A stretch of 39,068 bases of DNA from IMG/VR virus record IMGVR_UViG_3300032216_001007, positions 1-39,068 of that record, one strand, 5' to 3'. The notes beneath the pieces are model-generated. The model worked only from the letters and a program-made list of their open reading frames with translations, was not told the origin of the DNA and did no database searches. The translations under genes and the position numbers were made by a program. How positions within the stretch are numbered: position 1 is the stretch's first letter; each line of letters starts with the position of its first letter. Positions 32,561 to 39,068 of the stretch are shown here, one piece after another. This stretch comes from a virus. Taxonomy: Duplodnaviria; Caudoviricetes.

Positions 32561-34465
32561 TCATACTGACACGCTGGCAATAATATTGCTAACGCCTCCG
32601 CCGGATATGGTGACTGCTGCATTGACATCTGCACTGGCGCTGGTGGTAACCGTGGTGGTATAGTTGCTACCACCAAACAGCATGCTGCCGCCATCGATAA
32701 CCAGTTTGACTGTGGTGCTGATCCTGTTGCCGCTGGCATCTAGTGCTTTGATGGCCAAGTTACCGGTGATGGGTGTGCCAGCATAGGTGTAGGTGGTAGC
32801 ATCTGGGGTTACTACAATGGTGACTGGTACACTCAAACTGATCAAGTGTATGCGTCCCCAACGGTATGGTCCTGGTTCTACTCCCCAGATACGTCCCAGA
32901 TTGTCTCTGCCCACAGCACTGAATTGGTATGGCAAACTGGCAGTGCGAGTCCAGCCAGCGCCCTCAGTGAAGGTGTAGATGTAAAAATTGTTCAAGCAGA
33001 ACACACCCAGGATGGTCAAGGCATCATTCAAGAACACGATATTCTTTGGTGTTGAAGGAACTGGGATACTGCTATGGTACGTCAACACTCTAGGATCTGC
33101 TGCGTTTACGCTGTAGCATATGAATGTACATGACTTTGGTGCCGAGTCTATGGTCTGTCCGGTTCCGTTTAGTTGCATAAACAACAGGTAACGATTAGAT
33201 CCCACAGTGAATGTTTCATTAAACCACACTGTCTGCATGGCATAAGCGGTGCTGCTGTTGGCCAAGCAGGTGCCGTCCGGGCTCCAATAGGTGCTTAGAC
33301 TATTGGCACCGTAGCCGACTGTGCAGTTGGTGGCATTGCGACTGAAGTTGTCGGTTGTGGTATTCCACTGAAAGTAGAATGGTGCATAGTTGCCGGCTGT
33401 GTCCACATAAGGCATGTAGAACCCACGACTGGTTGCTGCCAAGGGATCAGTGAACCAACGACTGGCAAATTTGTTTTTAACACCGCCTTGAGTGGTGGCT
33501 CTATTGCCGCCCACGCTGCTGCCACTGGCACTGGGTGCTGTGTTATAAAGATTCAACTGTGTGGTGGTATTGGCGCCATCATTGTACTTGTAAAAATAGT
33601 GCGTGTAGTCATTCTGGTTGTAATTCTGCAAGGTGATCATGAGTCCGTCTACCAGGCTTATGCCCACAAACTGAACCGAGTAGTCGGTGCTTTGATTGCC
33701 GGTACTGGGCGAAGTCGATGTAGAATTAGGGCCGAATGCCGGGCCAGTGTGATATCCAACAAAGCCGGTGGGATAATAACCAGCAGTGTTTTGATATGCT
33801 CCAGCCCAGACCATGTTACCGGTACTGGGATTCCTGTACATGGGGTATCCATGCGGCGCGCCGGTTTGTATCAGGCCTAGATTCCTGCTGTTGGTCACAA
33901 CAGTTGTACCACTGGCAATATCGGCGCTGCGAGCGTTTACCATGCACACCATTCTGGTGCCAGACAACGTGGCTGTACCGCCCGCGTTGCTGTTGTTCCA
34001 CACTACCCAGTAGGCGACCGAGCTGGTACCGTCTGTGAAGTAGGATGCAGGTTTTGGACGTGTAGTGGGGTCCATGCTAAAGAAAGGAGCATGATCTAGA
34101 TTGTTTCTATAGTCATTGGTGGTGAGTCCAGTATTGAAATGGCAGCAGTGCGTGACTTCGCCGTTGAGTACCAGTACACCAGTGAAGGCAATATGGCTAA
34201 TATTATAACTGGCAGTTGTACCACCACTCAAGATGGGATGACCAAATGTGTTCATACTGATCATGCTGTCTATTAATATATCGTTTGGCGGTGCACCGTA
34301 CAAAGCGCCAGTGGGGCTGAAGTTGTATTGTGCATCAAACTGTGGTGTCAGCGAGGTCTTGTTGTAGGCATCTGTGCGAAAATACAAGTAGGTACTACCT
34401 GGAATAGGATCTTCTAGAATGGCCGCTGCTTGCTCGCCTGTTTTAAATGTTTTTATTACTGCCAC
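32561..34465 (-). CDS. Ser/Thr-rich beta-rich putative virion protein, paralogue C2 (GTG start)
   Basis: Colinear similarity to 34749..36599; AAGGA SD; probable C-terminal Ig-like domain. Confidence 0.75.
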   Translation of the reverse strand: MAVIKTFKTGEQAAAILEDPIPGSTYLYFRTDAYNKTSLTPQFDAQYNFSPTGALYGAPPNDILIDSMISMNTFGHPILSGGTTASYNISHIAFTGVLVLNGEVTHCCHFNTGLTTNDYRNNLDHAPFFSMDPTTRPKPASYFTDGTSSVAYWVVWNNSNAGGTATLSGTRMVCMVNARSADIASGTTVVTNSRNLGLIQTGAPHGYPMYRNPSTGNMVWAGAYQNTAGYYPTGFVGYHTGPAFGPNSTSTSPSTGNQSTDYSVQFVGISLVDGLMITLQNYNQNDYTHYFYKYNDGANTTTQLNLYNTAPSASGSSVGGNRATTQGGVKNKFASRWFTDPLAATSRGFYMPYVDTAGNYAPFYFQWNTTTDNFSRNATNCTVGYGANSLSTYWSPDGTCLANSSTAYAMQTVWFNETFTVGSNRYLLFMQLNGTGQTIDSAPKSCTFICYSVNAADPRVLTYHSSIPVPSTPKNIVFLNDALTILGVFCLNNFYIYTFTEGAGWTRTASLPYQFSAVGRDNLGRIWGVEPGPYRWGRIHLISLSVPVTIVVTPDATTYTYAGTPITGNLAIKALDASGNRISTTVKLVIDGGSMLFGGSNYTTTVTTSASADVNAAVTISGGGVSNIIASVSV

Positions 34466-34480
34466 AATATATTCCTTAAT

Positions 34481-34738
34481 TTATTTGCTGATACGCATCT
34501 CTTGATCAGCCCAAGCGAACGCATCCTCAGCATTGGTCCATGACTGTCTAGTACCATCGGGCATGCATTGCCAGGGTTGGTACCCAGCCGGTACTACCTG
34601 TTCAATTCCATCTTCGTCCAGTGTTACTTGGCCAATATAGAGCTCACTGCCAGTAAACTCATATCTAAAAGTCCTGGTGATGGTCACGTTGCCATCGGCA
34701 TCATGTTGTTCTACGGTACGATCAACAGTTTCAGTCAT
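34481..34738 (-). CDS. Small acidic hypothetical protein (85 aa)
   Basis: AAGGA SD; lies between paralogues C1 and C2; QP..DG..A..WA motif shared with 13951..14130. Confidence 0.75.
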   Translation of the reverse strand: MTETVDRTVEQHDADGNVTITRTFRYEFTGSELYIGQVTLDEDGIEQVVPAGYQPWQCMPDGTRQSWTNAEDAFAWADQEMRISK

Positions 34739-34748
34739 TTACAAATCC

Positions 34749-36599
34749 TTACAATGTCACAGTGGTAGTTATGGTGCTAACACCAGCACTGACCACAGCA
34801 GCGTTCACAGTGGTAGTTGCACTGGCACTGGTGGTCACGGTAATTGCAGGTGTGGTCACCAAGATGTTACTGGTGTAGAACACGATGCTGGATCCTGTGG
34901 ATGTCAGTGTCACGTTGGCAGCAACTCTAGCACCGGTGATATCATATGTGTCAACGGCATATGTGGTACTGATAGTCGTACCACTGTAGTTGTAGCTGTT
35001 GGCTGCTGGTGTTACGTTAACTGTGGATGGCATGCTACCTGATAATAAGTGTATGCGTCCATAAGTCAGTGGTCCCGAATCATGTGCCCAAATGCGCCCC
35101 AAGCTATCTCTACCAATGCTGTTGAATTGATAGTTAAAGCTGGCTGTCAAGTTCCACCCGGTCACTGCACTGTTGAAGCTGTAGACATATGTATAGTTGT
35201 GCGCGATCACCGCCATCAAGGTTCTAGCATCATTCAACCAACAAACGTTTTTAGGTGTACTAGGTATAGTAGTAGCACTATGGAATGTGGTCTGTGTATA
35301 GTCAGTGCTGCTGACCGCATAGGTCATGAATGTGCGTTGAGCTACGTTGCCGTCAAATACACCGCCAGCACCATGAAGCTGCATGAGTGTTAGATATCTA
35401 GTACCACTAAACACAAATGATTCGTTATAGATCACACGTTGCATACCGTAACTGACCGTCACGCTGCTGGCGGTGGTGGTGTCTGGATAGAAATAGGTAC
35501 TCTGTGTACCTGAGCCGAACACCGTAGTAACATTAGCAAATCTCAGGAATGTATCGTTGGTCTTGTTCCAAAGAATATAGAATGGGTGGTATGCGCCTGC
35601 GGTATCAAAATAGGGAACATAGAATCCAGTTTGTCCCGAGGTAGTACTGGGGCTAGTATTGGGATCTGTAAAGGTCCTACTGGCAAACTTGGGCTGGAAG
35701 GTGCCACCGGTGGGTGTGGTTCTTGCGCCGCCTGCTGATCCACCCGTTCTACCATCAGCACTGGGGCTGGTGGTAAATATACCCGGATTGGTGGCAGTGG
35801 TACTGCTATCACTGTACTTGTAGATGTTTTGCGTGTAATCGTTACCAATGGTGTTGTTTAAGAATATGGCCTGGCCGTCAAGGCTGCTGACCCCTATGAA
35901 TTGTACAGTGAGCTGACCGGACTGTTGACCTGCTGCTTGAGTTGCAAAGACCGGTGCTGTGGCGCTGAACATGTTGGGCAAGTGCGCACCTGTAGTCGAT
36001 CCTGGTTGATAGCCGGTGACGTGATAGTTTGCTATCACTATCATGTTGTTGGTACTGGGATTTCTGTATATTGGGAAGAAGGTGTAACTGGTTGAATGTG
36101 TGGTATTTTGTATCGGAAAACTTGAGCTGCTGTCGTTACCTACGTTGACACGGCGATAATAGCTGACAAATGCGCTGGCCGCCGAATTGGTCATTTGATT
36201 ATAGGTCATCAAGACTTGATTGTTGACCCCGTCAGTGTCGTATCTGGTCTGTATAACCGGACGTGTAGGATCCATACTGGCCCACGGTGCTTGATCTAGG
36301 TTGTTCCTGTAGTCGTTGACAGTGTTGTATATCTGGTGTCGAACAAAAGTGACTTCACCTTTGAGTTGCAGTACGCCGCCTTGGGCTTCCGGAGCAGTAC
36401 CCGATACTGTGCTGCTGTAGCCAAATGTGCTATAACCAGTACCGGCTGTGTTCCAGCTGATGGTTTTGTCAAAAAACACGCTCAAGTTGGCGCTGCTGAA
36501 GGCTTCGTTTTGAAAGTAGAGTTTACCCGAATTTGGATAGGGATCTTCTGTGAGAGCGGGAACCTGTACTGCGTATTTTGCTGTTCTAATTATTGCCAT
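34749..36599 (-). CDS. Ser/Thr-rich beta-rich putative virion protein, paralogue C1
   Basis: AGGAG SD; shares DYRNNLD.AP..SMDPT, YRNPST.NM, KFASR.FTDP, PSTPKN, GRD.LGRIW, GRIHL with C2. Confidence 0.75.
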   Translation of the reverse strand: MAIIRTAKYAVQVPALTEDPYPNSGKLYFQNEAFSSANLSVFFDKTISWNTAGTGYSTFGYSSTVSGTAPEAQGGVLQLKGEVTFVRHQIYNTVNDYRNNLDQAPWASMDPTRPVIQTRYDTDGVNNQVLMTYNQMTNSAASAFVSYYRRVNVGNDSSSSFPIQNTTHSTSYTFFPIYRNPSTNNMIVIANYHVTGYQPGSTTGAHLPNMFSATAPVFATQAAGQQSGQLTVQFIGVSSLDGQAIFLNNTIGNDYTQNIYKYSDSSTTATNPGIFTTSPSADGRTGGSAGGARTTPTGGTFQPKFASRTFTDPNTSPSTTSGQTGFYVPYFDTAGAYHPFYILWNKTNDTFLRFANVTTVFGSGTQSTYFYPDTTTASSVTVSYGMQRVIYNESFVFSGTRYLTLMQLHGAGGVFDGNVAQRTFMTYAVSSTDYTQTTFHSATTIPSTPKNVCWLNDARTLMAVIAHNYTYVYSFNSAVTGWNLTASFNYQFNSIGRDSLGRIWAHDSGPLTYGRIHLLSGSMPSTVNVTPAANSYNYSGTTISTTYAVDTYDITGARVAANVTLTSTGSSIVFYTSNILVTTPAITVTTSASATTTVNAAVVSAGVSTITTTVTL

Positions 36600-36628
36600 A
36601 TTGTATAAAACTCCTAGACCTATTACTG

Positions 36629-36671
36629 TATTTATGAGCGATACCAGTACAGATCAATCTAAGTATTTATA
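36629..36671 (-). promoter_or_regulatory. Tandem late promoter motifs (TATAAATA 36664-36671; TAAATA 36629-36634)
   Basis: Both lie in the 79-nt gap upstream of ATG 36599. Confidence 0.6.
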
Positions 36672-36678
36672 TTCAAAA

Positions 36679-37209
36679 TCAACTGGTCTGTGTGTATTTG
36701 AGCTGCACGTAGAGTTCGCTGCCAGGACTGTTAGTAGATCCTGCTTGCGTGATGCTGATAGTGACATAGTCGCCACTGGACATGGTAAACGGTGTAGTAT
36801 ATGTAGTTGTATACTGCCCGGTAGCGATAGTTATAGTGGCTGCTGTGGTGCCATTCTTTTTAATGGCAAAAACCACGTTGGCATCTGCTGTGGTGACCAT
36901 GTTGGCCACAACAGAATTCACTGACAAGTTGTAGGGCGCATACCATCTGCGAGTACCATCAAACACATACAAGCTGCCTGAAGTGTAGATATTGACAAAA
37001 CTGGGACCTGCACTGCCAGTATAGCCCGGGGCATTACTGGCACTGCCTGTGTAGCCCAAGCTGCCCGAGTAGCCAGCGGCGCCGCGACTACCGGTATAGC
37101 CAATAATTGCCCCCGACGCGACCCAGGCACGTCCGTTATAGATCCAGCTGCGATTGCCGTATGTATAAGGGTCATTGGTATTGGGACTGTCGGGGAAATT
37201 TAATGGCAT
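36679..37209 (-). CDS. Short fibre-like virion protein with collagen-like GYTGS repeats
   Basis: N-terminal MPLNFPDSP...Y....W.YNG.AW motif typical of phage fibre proteins; Gly-X-Y run GYTGSRGAAGYSGSLGYTGS...GYTGSAG. Confidence 0.7.
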   Translation of the reverse strand: MPLNFPDSPNTNDPYTYGNRSWIYNGRAWVASGAIIGYTGSRGAAGYSGSLGYTGSASNAPGYTGSAGPSFVNIYTSGSLYVFDGTRRWYAPYNLSVNSVVANMVTTADANVVFAIKKNGTTAATITIATGQYTTTYTTPFTMSSGDYVTISITQAGSTNSPGSELYVQLKYTQTS

Positions 37210-37218
37210 AGCCTGCTA

Positions 37219-37602
37219 TTATTGTGGTGGATCTTGTACGGTAATGGTTAGGATTTTTTCTTCCCAGATCTGCGCATCTTCATTCCACATGTATGTCACT
37301 CCTTCTTTTGGCGCTGGTATAGCTACTGGGGCGTGCCAGTGGCCGGTTTCTGTGTCCAGCATCCAACTTGGGAACGGTTTTGGTGGAATAAAAGCATCCA
37401 GCTCACTGTCGTATGTGTAGCCAATTCCGGCGTAATTTTTACGCAAGGGTGTTCCGCCCAATTGATGAGCGCCTGCAAAAGTGTTATAGCTGGTTTGAAT
37501 CCACTGAGTGGGATCACCTACTGCTCCAGTGTTGATAAAATCTTGTTCGGCTACGATAACTTGTGTTACTAGGCCGTTTTCTACTCGGGCAAAATGACTC
37601 AT
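37219..37602 (-). CDS. Conserved phage protein usually found beside Gly-rich fibre genes (possible assembly chaperone)
   Basis: MSHFA...VTQVIV...WIQTSYN...LRKNYAGIGYTYD...DAFIPPKPFPSW.LD.ET..W.APV family pattern, recognised from memory; the chaperone role is inference. Confidence 0.7.
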   Translation of the reverse strand: MSHFARVENGLVTQVIVAEQDFINTGAVGDPTQWIQTSYNTFAGAHQLGGTPLRKNYAGIGYTYDSELDAFIPPKPFPSWMLDTETGHWHAPVAIPAPKEGVTYMWNEDAQIWEEKILTITVQDPPQ

Positions 37603-37630
37603 AAAAATTCCTTTTTAAATAATTTATATA

Positions 37631-37636
37631 TATTTA
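37631..37636 (-). promoter_or_regulatory. Late promoter motif TAAATA
   Basis: AT-rich gap AAA-TAAATA-TATATAAATT...AAGGAATTTTT-ATG; low specificity here. Confidence 0.4.
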
Positions 37637-37641
37637 TTTGT

Positions 37642-37887
37642 TTACACAGGCAAAATTTTTGCCCATCCGCGGGTGACTGATAATTTAATAATCTCTTCTC
37701 TGGTTGGAGGTATGGGCAAATCTCTAGCTAAACAGCGATCAACTGTATCGTGTACCAGCTGATCAATTAAGATTTGACAATTTTTTTGTACCAATTGAGT
37801 GATCCATACGGCGGCATCGTCGGCCACTGCATCTACTGCCAGCTGCTCAACTGTGTTCAGTGAAACAAGATATGCAGACTCTGACAT
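37642..37887 (-). CDS. Hypothetical protein (81 aa)
   Basis: GGAG SD; 1 nt from the upstream gene's stop. Confidence 0.7.
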   Translation of the reverse strand: MSESAYLVSLNTVEQLAVDAVADDAAVWITQLVQKNCQILIDQLVHDTVDRCLARDLPIPPTREEIIKLSVTRGWAKILPV

Positions 37888-37888
37888 G

Positions 37889-38596
37889 TTAACTCCATGC
37901 GCCTGCGCTCATTGAGCCCGCAGCCGATACTGGATATATGCTGATAAAACTGCCAGGCTGTGTGCTATAGCCACCACCAGGATCTGCGCTTAGGGTATAT
38001 TGCGGAATGAACGTACCGCCTGCGGCTATGTTTACTGTTCCCTCGATTATAAATTGCCAGTACGCCCCTGCGGAGGCGGCAGCGCCGCTAATTACTGTAG
38101 AACTTGCTGTAGAGATCGTACTCATTGTAGCACTACTAAAATCATTTAATGATGTAGCTGAATATAATCTATTGAACATGTAAAAAACGTTGTTAAACGT
38201 TGCCGTTCCACCAAATCCCAAAGCCATAGTATGTGAATTGGCGCCAACTAATTTGACAAGAGAAAACACCATTGTAAATCTATAGGTAGTGTTTGCTAAC
38301 AGTGTTATACCAGTGCCGCGGCCGTCAACTCCCACACCAAATACACCTTGTGCTGTAGTAATCTGACGGCCCACATAGGGCGCCTGTAGTTGATAGTAGT
38401 ACTGCGGTAAGTAACCTGGATAACCATAACTAGTAGCGCCAGTGAACAACTCAGTCCAAGCAGGACTGGTACCATTTTGCACCATGAACTTGTACAAGCG
38501 ATTGGTCGTGGGGTTGAACCACTCGTCACCAATTTGCAACCCGGTTTGGGGTTGCGTAGTTGACGTCCAATGTTTGGTATAATTTCTTGTGCTCAA
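37889..38596 (-). CDS. Putative fibre-associated virion protein (TTG start)
   Basis: N-terminal P....GDEWFNP....LY motif and beta-rich Ser/Thr/Gly C-domain; GGAG 8 nt upstream of the TTG. Confidence 0.65.
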   Translation of the reverse strand: MSTRNYTKHWTSTTQPQTGLQIGDEWFNPTTNRLYKFMVQNGTSPAWTELFTGATSYGYPGYLPQYYYQLQAPYVGRQITTAQGVFGVGVDGRGTGITLLANTTYRFTMVFSLVKLVGANSHTMALGFGGTATFNNVFYMFNRLYSATSLNDFSSATMSTISTASSTVISGAAASAGAYWQFIIEGTVNIAAGGTFIPQYTLSADPGGGYSTQPGSFISIYPVSAAGSMSAGAWS

Positions 38597-38611
38597 GCGC
38601 CGTCTCCAGGA

Positions 38612-39068
38612 TTAGGCCTGAGCTTCCGTCCAGGATAAACGTGCAAAAATGTTACCCGATGTGGCACCAATGTTCTGGGCCATGACTGTGACCACGTCTG
38701 GCCCGTCGGGGTAAACACCCACGTTGGCTGCTGCAACACCGCCGCCCAGGATACTGGTACCCATATCACGAACCAAGGTCAAGTCCTGCTGTGTAGTGGT
38801 ATAGCCCGAACCTGTGGTGTTCAAGAAGAAGCCAAACACAGTCTCGCCACCTGTGATAGTAGTTGGCGCAGTATGGAAAATGTATTGTGCTAGACTAGAA
38901 CCGCCTACGCTAGACCAGTTTGGTGTAGCATTACTCACAGTACCGTTAAGCACCAAGGTCATAAGGAACTGACCATTGGAGAAAACGTCCAGCTGTCGCA
39001 AAATCATCTGCATGCGATTTACCAGTTCACGAATACCCAGTGTGGATCCAGCAACACCGCTACTGACA
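38612..39068 (-). CDS. 3' end of a larger virion structural protein (partial, enters from the right edge)
   Basis: The frame stays open beyond the listed start to the window end (VSSGVAGSTLGIRELVNRMQMILR...); ends YPDGPDVVT...ARLSWTEAQA. Confidence 0.75.
   Translation of the reverse strand, partial: VSSGVAGSTLGIRELVNRMQMILRQLDVFSNGQFLMTLVLNGTVSNATPNWSSVGGSSLAQYIFHTAPTTITGGETVFGFFLNTTGSGYTTTQQDLTLVRDMGTSILGGGVAAANVGVYPDGPDVVTVMAQNIGATSGNIFARLSWTEAQA

Noticed and set aside
17544-36599. Diversity-generating retroelement or invertible fibre cassette
   Set aside because: No reverse transcriptase or recombinase in the window; the paralogous segments I compared differ at synonymous sites, not specifically at adenines; no long near-identical or inverted DNA repeats seen by eye
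1-39068. tRNA, rRNA or other structured ncRNA genes
   Set aside because: The window is almost entirely coding, intergenic gaps are under about 100 nt, and no cloverleaf was recognised

Overview
This window is part of the virion morphogenesis region of a large T4-like (myovirus-type) tailed phage, read with the standard genetic code. 1-12910 holds core T4-type structural genes: a possible small terminase (partial), a gp4-like head-completion nuclease, a tube-fold baseplate protein, tail tube, an enlarged tail sheath, and gp13/gp14/gp15-like neck and tail-terminator proteins. Among them are a degenerate HNH protein, a dNMP kinase and a conserved hypothetical gene; the last two have sigma70-type promoters. 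12907-17501 holds a Nudix hydrolase, a QueC-like PP-loop protein, an unlisted 59-aa ORF and a four-domain glycosyltransferase. 17544-39068 is a minus-strand array of Ser/Thr/Gly-rich fibre or appendage proteins (glycine-rich, LamG and Ig-like domains). Main observations: (i) the four large Gly-rich genes form a duplicated A-B pair, and one Gly-rich domain appears split, N-half in A and C-half in B, in both copies; (ii) LamG modules are nested inside Gly-rich domains and inside each other, one circularly permuted; (iii) the quadruple glycosyltransferase with a late-type promoter follows this array, suggesting virion glycosylation; (iv) a T4-like late motif (TA)TAAATA recurs, often 4-5 nt before an SD-less ATG, and once lies in the loop of a hairpin that hides the neck gene's RBS. 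All calls are by eye from motifs; no database search was run.
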